Assembly: GCF_006345805.1 (NCBI RefSeq)
Contig: NC_043016.1
Span: 16,492,001-16,556,000, forward strand
Length of the DNA stretch: 64,000 bases
Direction of reading: 5' to 3'
DNA from: Octopus sinensis
Lineage: Eukaryota
A program made the translations under genes and the position numbers. Within the stretch, counting starts at the first letter, position 1; each line of letters opens with the position of its first letter. Under the pieces are notes generated by a model. It did no database searches and was not told the origin of the DNA. It worked only from the letters and a program-made list of their open reading frames with translations. Shown piece after piece: positions 24,745-36,443 of the stretch.

Positions 24745-25173
24745 TTACTCTTTTACTTGTTTCAGTCATCTGAGTGTGGGCATGCTGAAGCACCGCCTTT
24801 TTAGTCGAGTAAATCGAATCCCAGGACTTATTCTTTGTAAGCCTAGTGCTTATTCTAGCAGTCTCCTTTTGCCAAACCACCTACGTTATGGGGACGTAAA
24901 CACACCACCATCGGTTGTCAAGCAATGTTGGGGGGACAAACACAGACACACAAACATATACACACACACATATATACATATATATATATATACACACACA
25001 CACATATATACGAAGGGCTTTATTCAGTTTCCGTCTACAAAATCCACTCACAAGGCTTTGGTCGGCCCGAGGCTATAGTGGAAGACACTTGCCCAAGGTG
25101 CCACGCAGTGGGACTGAACCCGGAACCATGTGGTTGGAAAGCAAGCTACTTACCACAGAGCAACTCCTGCGCC

Positions 25174-25224
<51 letters not shown>

Positions 25225-25370
25225 ACGACAGGCTTCTTTTAGTTTCCGTCTACCAAATCCACTGACAAGTCGTTGGTCGGCCCGAGGCTATAGTAGAAGA
25301 CACTTGCCCAAGGTGCCATGCAGTGGGACTGAACCTGGAACCATGTGGTTGGTAAGCAAGCTACTTTATT
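24745..25370 (-). mobile_element. Octopus-type SINE with a tandem extra 5' half
   Basis: Two head+core units separated by (TA/TG)n, followed by one 3' half. Confidence 0.75.
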
Positions 25371-25493
25371 TCATAGAAATTTACCATAAAGGCATTACAC
25401 AGAGTAGCTTGCGGGCTAGACATAAACATTAATGAAGCGGATGATTATGATGAAAAATTATAAAGATGGTAGAAGGCAGAAGGCGCCCCACCC

Positions 25494-27285
25494 CCACCCT
25501 CTGCTTCTCTATAACATTATTTTTTTCCCCAAAAATGCATAAACTGAGGTAATGACCCTCTTACGAAAAATACAATTTCTTGGACCAAAAGTCCAAACAA
25601 TCAAAATACAGTCTATACACCAATTAGAGGCAATAAACTTCTACACTTCCTCCCCCAGCAAATCTCGTGCAACTTGCAGGCACTGTTTCCACCAAAATCG
25701 GGAGTTCCAATGGAGAATTCTGAAAATCTCGCCTCCACACGAGTCGATTACCATATTGCATTGTTTTCTTTCCAGCACCAGCAGAGCCACCTGCGAAGGC
25801 CACTCTGAGCTGTCAATGCAATTCGGTTCCCTTAGAATCCAACTGTCCATCTTATTATCTCGACAAAACTGTCGATAGCCCCTCCCTTGAGATAGCAGAA
25901 CATACATTCCTCACTACCTTTACTAGGAGGGACCTCAACTCCCTCACTTGGTAGCACACATCCCACCGGCGAGGTCATATCCACCCCCCCCCTCCGGTGG
26001 CACACATCCCACCGAAGGGGCTTTGGGACATGCCATCACCGGCAATACCCCATTCTTCCTTTTCTTTTTCTTCTTTCCCTTTTACGACGGGAGGGTGGAG
26101 TTCCTCCGGCATCTCCAGAGAACCCTACCTCGCCCCTGCTGTCTCAGGATCCATGGGTGGGCAACCATTGTTGTCCCCCTTTTTCCTCTTCTTCCACTTT
26201 TTTGAGGAGGTTACCTCCTCCTCAACTTTTTCCTCCACTGGGGGAACAGGGGACACCTCTTCAATTAACTGCTCCAGGACCCTTGCCTGGTCCCGGCGAC
26301 AGTTTTTCTTGATATGACCCGATTCCAGGCACGGGTGACACTTGTGGGGGCGTCCCTCAACCATCACTGTGTACCTGGAACCGGACATTGTCAAAAAATC
26401 TGGTAAAACCAGATCTTTGGCTGATTTGGTCCATAGGGTCAAAATTGCTTTCAACCCCACCCAGTCAGCCACAGGAAGCATTCTGACATTTAAGAGCTTG
26501 GCTCCGCTGCCACCCAGACACCGGCGGATAGTATCCTCTATCTACTCTGGCTCAATTCCGGGTGGCAGCCCACACACCCAAGCTCTCGTCAATTTTCGCC
26601 CACCGTATGTGGGGAGAAACAAAATCTTCTCCCCTTCGACTGGTTGGCACGCAAACCCTTCTGCCTCCGTAGGGGTGTCAAAAAGAACACACACAGTTCT
26701 GTACTTTGCACCCCTACAAATAAATCGAAAAGTTGGCAGGTACTTTGCCAACTCTTCCTCAATGTCAGACTGAGAGAACTCAGCGATGGCTTCAAGGACC
26801 CTAGAGTACGTCCTTAACACCACCGTTCTCTCAGTATAATTTTTGAGCCAATCTTTGGGGGTCATAATTCGCCAGTCCAAAGCGGTATTTTTTGTTTCCA
26901 TTTTTTTTCCAAAACTAAAATAAAAATAAAAGTGTTCAAATAAAAAGTCAATAATATAACACAAAGAAAGAATGGAAAGACAGACGTGAGAAAAAGGAAT
27001 GAAGGAAAATAGTGCAACTGGCAACAAAATTCTGCTACTTAGGTAATCCACAAGTCGCAGCACAAAAATTGAATTCTCTACCGACCTCACACTCCTTGCC
27101 TGAATGGTAAATCCAAAGGTACAGGCACGAACACAGCAAAAAACAGACAAAAATTTTTTCCAAAAACACTATTCTCAATGCAAAATGAGTCTCTTCGCAG
27201 AACCACAGGTAGGCAAATGTCTGAAACAGAGTGGAGTCTATTGCTCAACAAAAATTATTAATTACAGAGCAACAAACTCCACTTA
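25494..27285 (-). mobile_element. ORF1-only Tx1/L1-like retroelement B
   Basis: METKNT...RGAKYRTVCVLF...LPTYGGRKLTRAWVCGLPPGIE...KCHPCLESGHIKKNC, a K/E-rich linker and a short C-terminal domain; no RT. GCGCCCCACCC flanks it (25483-25493 and 27286-27296). Confidence 0.65.
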
Positions 27286-28238
27286 GCGCCCCACCCACCC
27301 CCACCCCACCCAAATAAAACAAACGCCTACTTGTAGTCGTGCTTCAAATGTTCAATTTTCACGTCACAAGACATGACTTCCAAGCAGCATGAAAAATGTG
27401 AACTCTTCTGTCAGTGAGGTAAGCAAGCTACTTACCAGACACCCACTCCTGTGCCTATATATATATATATATATATATACAACGGGTTTCTTTCAGTTTC
27501 CGTCTACCAAATCCACTCACAAGGCTTTGGTCAGCCCAAGGCTATAGTAGAAGACACTTGCCCAAGGTGCCACGCAGTGGGACTGAACTCAGAACCATGT
27601 GGTTGGTAAGCAAGCTACTAACCACACAGCCACTCCTGTGCCTGTCTATTTGCTTCTTCAACACTCTCACTTTCTCTCTCTCTTCTCCTCCTCCTCCTTA
27701 ATTCTTTTGTTCCTCTTTTTCTCTCTCTTCTCTTCTCACATGACCAAGAGGCCAGACTGCTAATCCTCTTTTTGCATCTGACTGTGGTCACTGCTACATC
27801 GATATTCTTTCCTGTGCTTGTGAAAGTTTTGTATCTCTGCCATAAGACTTCATTTCCACACACGCAAGCTGAATTCAATTCGTCCCCAGTCGAAAGACGC
27901 CTGTTGTTATGTCCTGTTATTATTATTATTTTTATTGTATTTTTGTATGTATATTTGTGTAACATCGTCCATTTTTCCATCCTTGTTTTTGTATACATTC
28001 AACACTTTTTTCCAAGGAATCTAATGCTCTTAGCTTAGTTTTTCCTTGGGGCCGGCTAGATTGGAGCAATCTCAAGATTAATCAACTGAAATTGCGAGGA
28101 TGATCAGGTTCTTGACTGAGGATAAAAGGCTTCAAATGATCCGTCCCTGTTTTTGTATTGTCTATCCGGATGTTTTGTTGTCCTTTTTTGTACCATCTAG
28201 TTCTCCGGATGCTTTGCATTTTTGTCCCATTTTGTATG

Positions 28239-28254
28239 TTATATATATATATAT

Positions 28255-28299
<45 letters not shown>

Positions 28300-28452
28300 T
28301 ATATACACATATATATATATACACATATATATATATACACATATATATATACACATATATATATATACATATATATATATACATATATATATATATACAT
28401 ATATACATATATATACATATATATATATATACATATATACATATATATATAT

Positions 28453-28522
<70 letters not shown>

Positions 28523-28575
28523 ATATACATATGTATGTATATATATATATATTATATATATATATATATATATAT
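28239..28575. repeat. Long compound (TA)n/(CATA)n microsatellite
   Basis: Directly visible; the source of the Y/I-rich spurious ORFs. Confidence 0.95.
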
Positions 28576-28967
28576 GATGGGCTTCTTTCAGTTTCTGTCT
28601 ACCAAATCCACTCACAAGGCTTTGGTCGGCCCGAGGCTATAGTAGAAGACACTCACCTAAGGTGCTGCACAGTGGGACTGAACCCAGAACCATGTGGTTG
28701 GTAATCAAGCTACTTACCACACAGCCACTCCTGCGCCTCCGACAATCTTTCCCGTCAACTTCCAGCAATCTCTCCCTCCTACAGCTGACAGTTTTTACTT
28801 TTTTGCAATGGAAAATACACCTTTTGTGGCAGTTATAACGAAATTGCTTCCTTATATCAGAATACTAAGGCGTTTCAATAGAACATTTCTACCCCCCGGG
28901 ATTTACCGGATACACCAGCTTGTAAATACAAATTCTAATTGTTGTTACTGTTCTTCTCTTTTCCCAG

Positions 28968-29123
28968 TGTGCTATTGTTGTTGCGATATTAAATATCCAA
29001 ATCCCTTTAGTTCTTGGCGACCTCGTAAATGGAATATCAAACATCGGAAGAGAAAATGTGAAATCATTTGGCCAACTGGTCAAGGAGCCAGCACGAGAAC
29101 TTATATGTTGCTATATTCTGCAG
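28968..29123 (+). CDS. ABCB8: ABCB8 coding exon 3
   Basis: TTCCCAG|CAIVVAILNIQIPLVLGDLVNGI...ELICCYILQ|GTAATT; 156 nt, phase 0-0. Matches the ABCB8 NVQIPLLLG motif. Confidence 0.92.
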
Positions 29124-29379
29124 GTAATTATAAAGTTTTTTAGTGATTAATAATATTGAGGGTTGAAGTTAAATTTGATGGTTTACAACAGCTGATGGTC
29201 CTTAGGTTTTTGCAGGTCCATGCAATAAAATAGTAATTTGGATATTGGCAATAGTGTTTTAAGGGTCCCAGATATAATTTGACCTCAGATGAGATATGTG
29301 TAGGCTCAAAAGAAATGAAGCTATTATGATTTGCATTGCACATTCAGTGGATCATTCTAGCTTCATTTCTTTCAAGCCT

Positions 29380-30125
29380 ACGCATGTCTTCAGCCATGAC
29401 AGCTGAAGACATGTGTAGGCTTGAAAGAAATGAAGCTAGCATGATCCACTGAATGTGCAATGTCAGTGTCCATGCACGACAGAGTGTAAGTGCCCTGAAA
29501 GAAATGTTGGGCATAAGAAGCAACGGATGTGGCATGCAGGAGAGACGTTTGTGCTGGTATGGTCATGTACTACGGATGGATGAGGAGAGATGTGTGAAGA
29601 AGTGCCACTCCCAAACAGTTGAAGGAATCCAGGGTAGAGGGAGACCCAGGAAGACATGGGATGAGGTGGTCAAGCATGACCTTTGTACATTGGGCTCACA
29701 GAGACAATGACAAAAGACCGAGACCTCTGGAGGTATGCTGTGACTGAGAAGACCTGGCAAATAAAGTGAGTTCACATCTGTAACCTACTCCAGTGTCGCA
29801 TAACCAGTCCACTCAAAAGTACCTTGGATTGTAGGGCGCCGTGCCATGCTTGTGGAGACATATTGAGTCAAGTACATCAACATCAACCATCCGAACGTGG
29901 CCGATGATAGTGCTGCCTTGACTGGCTTCCGTGCGGGTGGCACATAAAAAGCACCGCCCGATCGCGGTCAATGCCAGCCTCCTCTGGCCCCTTGTGCCAG
30001 TGGAACATAAAAAGCACCCACTACACTCCCAGAGCAGTTGGCATTAGAAAGGGCATCCAGCTGTAGAAACACTGCCAGATCAGATTGGGGCCTCATGCAG
30101 CCATCTACCTTCCCAGACCCCAGCA
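29380..30125 (+). mobile_element. RTE LINE 3' fragment with tail
   Basis: Same RTE C-terminus and tail as the other copies. Confidence 0.8.
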
Positions 30126-30129
30126 CAGC

Positions 30130-30708
30130 TATCAGGTCATCCCATAAGTTCTGTCCGATTTTACCTTTTTTAAAATTGAATGAAATTTAATAGTATTGTA
30201 GAATGTCTAATGGAATTTAAAATTATTTTTATGCATTTGTGTACATTTAAACTAATTAAATATTATTTTACAGAATAATAGAATTAAAATTTCTTTGATT
30301 AAAACCCTTTCTAACATGGAAGTATCCAAAGAGTATTTAAGGCACACAATGCTTCATGAGTACAAAAATAGAAACTCTGCAGTCGAAGTGACTCGAAGCA
30401 TACACTCAGTTTATTGGAAAGAATGCTTGAATGAAAGAACTTGCTGAAGATGATTTGCAAAATTCAGAAGTAGAGATTTCAGCCTTAAAGATGAAGATTG
30501 AACAGGATGTCCAGTTGAGTTTGATGATAAGCTCCTTGAGGCATTACTTGAAGAAAATCCTGCATTATCAGCTGGAGAATTGGCAATAAATCTTAGTTCA
30601 AACCATACAACTGTTCATCATCATCTTCAACAACTTGGAAAGGTTCCTAAACTTGGAAAATGGATGCCTCATGAATTGTCCGAAAGCAGCCGCAAATCCC
30701 GAGTTGTG
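30130..30708 (+). mobile_element. Mariner 5' half (same family as 9116-10312)
   Basis: TA plus TIR, 5' UTR and a decayed MEVSK...WMPHEL. Confidence 0.88.
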
Positions 30709-31208
30709 AGGGGCCAAGCTGTATCGGCCCCTTTGCCTTTCCCTTGGATAACCTTGGTAGTGTGGAGAAGCGAGGCTGATATGCATGGGTGATGCTGGTC
30801 TTCCATAAACAACCTTGCCGGGACTTGTGCCTCGGAGGGTAACTTTCTAGGTGCAATCCCATAGTCGTTCTTGGCCAAATGGGATCATTACATATCGTAT
30901 TTGTATAAGGTGGTATGAAAAAACTCCATGATTAGTTCTGCAACATTCTAATGGATTGCGGCACATGGGTGTGTCTGCTGTGAGAGGTAAAAGGGACCTT
31001 CATGAAGCAGTGTCCTAATTGAAATCACTGTTGTACTTCGACCCTTGTTGCTGTTTCCGAGCTAGCAGCACCTCAGAAGTAGTGATTATTCAATGAAAGG
31101 TACTCCGCTAGCTTAACATGAGGTGGTCATTTTTATATCTTCTTTTCGGGTTGTTAGAAGCTCACTGACTCCCTGCACCCTGATCCTTCGATCTTATTTT
31201 GACATATC

Positions 31209-31565
31209 TACGAGGGTCAGTCAAAAAGTAATGCCATTTTGGACAGTTATAATTACCAACACAGGAATATGTATCATACATCAAAATGAAGCTGGTCCTC
31301 TGTGGATCACATCTCTACTTCTCAACATAGTCACCATTTCTCTTAATAGCAATTATACGGAGCAGGGATACATTTTTGACTCACCCTCATACATGCTCTC
31401 ATTCGAAGATGGAACATTGCTATTGAGAGAAATGGTGACTATGTTGAGAAGTAGGGATGTGATCCACAGAGGACCAGCTTCATTTTGTTGTATGATACAT
31501 GTTCCTGTGTTGGTAATTAAACCTGTCCTAAACAAAATGGCATCACTTTTTGACTCACCTTCGTA
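31209..31565. repeat. About 355-bp imperfect palindrome of mariner-end units, between two about 72-bp direct repeats
   Basis: TA-CGAGGGTCAGTCAAAAAG ... CTTTTTGACTCACCTTCG-TA. The flanks 31139-31210 and 31566-31636 are diverged direct repeats. Confidence 0.75.
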
Positions 31566-31656
31566 TCTTCTATGGGTTGTTCGAAGCTTAATAACTTCCT
31601 ACACCTTCATCCTTCGACCTTATTTTGACATATCTATATATGTATATATATTCTAG

Positions 31657-31802
31657 GGAATTTCTACAGCTTTCTTCATTTCCCTGCTCAGTAAAGTTGG
31701 AGAAAATGTAGCTGCTAGATTGCGAATGAAGTTATTCAACGCATTAGTATCACAAGACATGGAATTTTTTGACAGACATAGCACAGGAGAATTAATTAAC
31801 AG
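31657..31802 (+). CDS. ABCB8: ABCB8 coding exon 4
   Basis: GISTAFFISLLSKVGENVAARLRMKLFNALVSQDMEFFDRHSTGELIN-AG|GTGAAG; phase 0-2. Confidence 0.92.
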
Positions 31803-31879
31803 GTGAAGAATTTTATATTATCATTATCATTATTATTATTATATTATTATTATTATTATATTATTATTATTATTATTAC

Positions 31880-32995
31880 TTTTTTTTCTTCTTTCAAATT
31901 TGCTTCCATTTCTTGCCGAGTGTCTTCCCGACTCCTAGGGCAAAGAAACTCATAGTATACATTGGTAGGCCATTAAACCAAACTCAGTAGTTCGTTCATT
32001 TTTTTTTTTCATTTTTTTTTTATTATTATTATCATTATTATTATTATTATCATTATTATTATTATTATTATTATTATTCAGTAGTTTTATTTTTTATAGC
32101 GTGCTTTCACTTCACTTCACTACCGAGCGCAGCTCTGTGTGCCTTGGGTATATGCTGTGGTTTGTTGTGTTGCTCTGATGGTTATTGTATGGAAAGTGTT
32201 CTGCGTAGGATGTGTGCAGTGCCTAGTAGTGCAATTTTCTGTATGTTATATGTGTTTGTAAGTCCTGGTGTTTTTGTTATGTATTTGTCTGAATATTTTT
32301 TATCATTCCTAATGCGCCCTCTATGATAGGAATTGTTTCTGTTTTTAGATTCCACATTCGAGTTACCTCTATTTCCAGGTCTTTGTATTTTGAAAGTTTC
32401 TCCATTTCTTTTAGACAAACGTTGTCATCTGCCGGTATTGATACATCAATTAGAAAACATTTTTTTCCTTGATGATCTCTAACAACTAAATCCAGCCCAT
32501 TGGCCTTGATTTTTCTTTTTGTGTGTATTGGCATATCCCAGAGTATGGTTGCTTTCTCATATTCTGTGACCTTTTCTGGTGTGTGCCTATACCATCTTTT
32601 TTCTGTTGTTATTCCATAATGTTGGCATAGCTTCCAATGTATGTAGGTTCCAACTCTGTCATGTCTGAATATATTCCTTCTTAGCCAGGACTGGGCAGCC
32701 AGAGATAATATGATTTATTGTTTCTTGTCCATCTCCACATATTCTGCAGTTACTTGTTATATTTCTTTTCATTACATGTTTTTTGGTAATTTCTGGTGGG
32801 GACGCTTTGGTCTTGTGCTGCAATTAAAAATCCCTCTGTTTCTGCTTTGAGTCCTGAGCTTCTCAACCATTGCTGGGACTTTTCTTTGTCTATTGCTTTT
32901 GCATTTAGTTTAGTCCAGTATTTGCCATGAAGGGGCTTTTCTTGCCATTGTTTTATCAAGGTCCGTTACTGTTCTAGTTTTAGTTTGGATTTGAT
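31880..32995 (-). mobile_element. R4/Dong-like (RLE endonuclease) LINE 3' portion in (TAA)n arrays
   Basis: KPLHGKY, GLKAETEGFLIAAQDQ, CRICG..ETINHIISGC, DVSIP..KLSKYKDL and ALLGTAHILRR. The 3' ends abut ATT repeats. Confidence 0.85.
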
Positions 32996-33171
32996 TATTA
33001 TTATCATTATTATTTTTGACATCTAAATATGGCTAACCACTAAGGGTGGATGTTACTGTTGCTTGTAGCCCCAGGAGAACATCTTCTCCAGCTGGCTTTT
33101 GACACACTTTCTGTGCCCTATCAGTATTTGCAAAGGGAGGTCATCCTTTCCCCGTCAACCTAAAGTGATAT

Positions 33172-33214
33172 GCACGGACTGCAGTTTCTGGGTATTGACC
33201 CGTCATCAGCGCAC
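33172..33214 (-). ncRNA. Minimal type I HHR
   Basis: GUGCG-CUGAUGA-CGGGU(caau)ACCCA-GAAA-CUGCAG-UC|CGUGC. The core is canonical and stem III is palindromic; there is one C.A mismatch at the base of stem II. Confidence 0.72.
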
Positions 33215-33224
33215 GACAATCACC

Positions 33225-34845
33225 TTTCTCTTTATTATAGGCACAGTGGCCTGACAGAAGAGTGGACATAACAATACAATACAGGACATGGGGTACATAT
33301 AACAAAAATACAGAAAGGATGATATGAAATGAAATATTAACAATGAATTAAATGAAATGGCTTACGAGACCCCCAAAGCTCGCAGTTTCATTTACAATTA
33401 CAGTTATACTATCCGGGGTGTTCGTCCATAATGTAAACGAGTAATTCATCCTGCTCTATAACTCCGGGCAAACTGTCATATCGAACGTAATGCTTTATGG
33501 TTACAACTGTATCTGAAAACCAATTTATTAATTTATTTACCGTCTCTTTTTCCACAATTGCAGCCTTTATTTGGTTATCGTACATCCTCGGGTTCAATTT
33601 CACTCTCGTTAGATTTTTTGTTATCACTAATTTTTTCTCAATTTCTTTATCTTTTGTGTACAATATTACAGCTCTGAGATTCTTTCCTTTCGGTCTTCCT
33701 CCTTCCTTGCATGTTTTCAGACATTCTTCCCCATTTCCCCATTCTTCCCACCTTGAACCTTCACTCACTTTAGTTGCTGCATCTCTCCTGTCGTGCGTTC
33801 GATCCTCTGTCTCGTCAGCATATTTCTTTTTCGTTTTTTTTCTTTTTTTGGTCTTTGGGTGGTGATTCCACCCGTGTTCACTTTCTATCCTCTTTTTCTC
33901 TTGTTCTTTCCTCTTCTTTCTCCTTCACTAACTCGTCGTCATCTTCCATACTATCTCCCAAATCCCCCGTCAAAGCTCCCACTGCTTCCTCCAGTGTCAT
34001 CCTCCTCTCTTTCATTTCTCCTTCGGGACACACATCCCTCATGTGCCCACTTCTCCCACATTTATAACACACTGGAGCCCCTCCTCCACCACGACTCTCA
34101 GCCGTGTCTCGTCGGGGAACACCTACTCCCCTGGGATGCTACACAAATCTGGCATGGCTATGTGGACCAAGGCCTCCACCGCACAACCCCACCAGTCTAT
34201 TTCATTCAACCTCTCCACCTCAAGCATGTCCACATTCTCCCTGCAGTTGCAGATTACTGCAGCCACCTTCCTTCAGTATCAAGTTCCGGTGGAACTCTGC
34301 TCATTCGCATCCTCACCGCTCCCCTTCCACAACAACTAGGGAGCAAAACCCATTTTTCTGATCTCAACACTGTCGCTGCATTCCACTCCGCTTCATCTTC
34401 ATTTTCGAAGCGAACGCTCACCATAGCGTACTTTCTACCTCTATTGTAGAAGGCAGTTCCTCCTTTTACTTCTTGTTGACACCCCTCAATCTCTTTCACT
34501 TCTGCCACCTCCATTCCTTCTGAGACCACATTCCATGTTCTGTACGTTATGGTTCCCTTCTCTGCTTCCTTCACTTCGTCTTCAGGGGGTGCAACCCTCA
34601 GACAGACTCCCTCCTTCCTGAAGCTGTCATAGTACTTCCTCAGACTCTCCTTCTAGACAATTACTTCTTCCAACTGTAATTCGTTCGCAGCCAGGCTTTT
34701 GCCTGCTGCTCCCGCATAAGTCTGGGCCTGCATACCCAACAAAGAATTCAACAATTCAACATGACACAACAGTTTTCAACAACAATAATCAACAAAATTC
34801 AACTCACAACCGCAAATCCGAAAAACCGACACAAACACTTTCGCA
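33225..34845 (-). mobile_element. ORF1-only Tx1/L1-like retroelement C with a 13-bp TSD
   Basis: CACGACAATCACC at 33212-33224 and 34846-34858. The ORF contains RGRKYAMVSVRF..LLPS and CYKCGRSGHMRDVC; the 3' end is TATAATAAAAGAGAAA; no RT. Confidence 0.78.
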
Positions 34846-35203
34846 CACGACAATCACCGGTTTTCGATGGAAGGGTCCCAATGCAAATATTTATATCCTT
34901 TTTCCTGTGACTTTTCGTCACTGCTCTTGAAAAGGTGTAAACAAGCAATAATAAATCTCTGAACGAGGTATAGACATTAACTGCGCGACAATGTGAAGTA
35001 TATTTGCCATCTCAATATGGCTAACCACTAAGGGTGGGTGTTACTATAGCTTGTAGCCCCAGGAGAACATCTTCTCCAGCTGGCTATTGACACACTTTCT
35101 TGAAAAAGTGTATACACTTTTTCAAGATCAGTGACGAAAAGTCACTGGAAATAGGATATAAACATTTGCATTGGGACCCTTCCATCAAATACCGGTGATT
35201 GTC

Positions 35204-35246
35204 GTGCACTGATGATGGGTCAATACCCAGAAGCTGCAGTCCGTGC
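35204..35246 (+). ncRNA. HHR copy in the inverted pLTR (partly mutated)
   Basis: GUGCA-CUGAUGA-UGGGU(caau)ACCCA-GAAG-CUGCAG-UC|CGUGC; A15.1 is replaced by G. Confidence 0.55.
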
Positions 35247-35413
35247 ATATCACTTTAGGTTGACGGGGGAAGGATGACCTCCCTTTGCAAATACTGATAG
35301 GGCACAGAAAGTGTGTCAATAGCCAGCTGGAGAAGATGTTCTCCTGGGGCTAAAAGCTACAGTAACATCCACCCTTAGTGGTTAGCCATATTTAGTTGGC
35401 AAATATACTTCAC

Positions 35414-35445
<32 letters not shown>

Positions 35446-35869
35446 CATTATTATCATCATCATCATCATCATCATCATTATTATTATTACCATTAGGTGT
35501 AGGAGTGGGTTGTGGTAAGTAGCTTGCTTACCAACCACATGGTTCTGGGTTTAGTCCCACTGCCTGGCATTTTGGGCAAGTGTCTTCTACTATATAGCCT
35601 CAGGCTGACCAAAGCCTTGTTGAGAAGATTTGGTAGATGGAAACTGAAAGAAGCCTGTTGTATATATATATATATATATACTTATATTATAATATATATA
35701 TATACATATATATGTGTGTTGTGTATATATAGGCACTGAAGTGGCTGTGTGTTAAGTAGCTTGCTTACCAACCACATGGTTCTGGGTTCAGTCCCATGTG
35801 TGGCACCTTGGGTAAGTATCTTCTACTATAGCCTTAGGCCGACCAAAGCCTTGTGAGAAGTTTTGGTTT

Positions 35870-35960
35870 CCGAAACATTGCTGTAACAACAAACAATATG
35901 AGGACAAATATCCGTCAATTGTAAATAATGTATATAATTCCTCATCTCTTAAATATAAAA

Positions 35961-36000
<40 letters not shown>

Positions 36001-36363
36001 TTGAAGAATATCTTGGGAACGAGAAACCAGGTTTGTAATTTCCTCAAGATGCCTGAAGACAGCTGGAGGCTATATCAGCCGAAACGTTGTGTTAACAATA
36101 AACAAGATGAGGATGAATATCCGTCGAATGTAAATAATGTACATAATTCCTCATCTCTTAAACATAGAACTGAATAATAATAGCAACAACATCAAAAAAT
36201 ACCTTAGGAATGAGAACCCAGGTTCGAAATTTCCCCAAGACACCTGAAGAAGGCTGGAGGGTATATCAGCTGAAAGGTTGTGTTAACAACAAATGAGATG
36301 AGGAGAAATATCTGTCAATTGTAAATAATGTACATAAATCCTCATCTCTTAAATATAGAACTG
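35870..36363 (+). repeat. Tandem array of about 191-nt HHR-bearing pLTR units (one partial and two full)
   Basis: CUGAAGA cores at 36053 and 36244. Each unit ends CTCATCTCTTAAAYATARAACTG and is followed by (AAT)n in the array. Confidence 0.75.
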
Positions 36364-36443
36364 TACTCTGGTATTTTATCAGCCCTTCTCTGAAAATTCC
36401 AGCCCTTGTGCCTATGATAAAATGGTTACCTTGTGTTTTTCAG

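Larger units (their letters stand above)
33021..35414. mobile_element. Penelope-type pLTR in tandem/inverted arrangement, interrupted by element C
   Basis: 33021-33224 plus 34859-34942 is the reverse complement of about 35113-35411. A partial tandem copy lies at 34988-35100, and the palindrome TGAAAAAGTGTATACACTTTTTCA sits at the inversion point. Confidence 0.7.

Noticed and set aside
28082-28704. Long Y/I/H-rich ORFs (also about 967-1326, 5114-5530, 6446-6890, 13901-14226)
   Set aside because: They are translations of (TA)n, (CATA)n, (ATT)n and (GA)n microsatellites, which lack stops in some frames.
30900-31130. Possible intronic snoRNA or other ncRNA
   Set aside because: There are some short hairpins but no convincing C/D or H/ACA box pair and no recognisable family.
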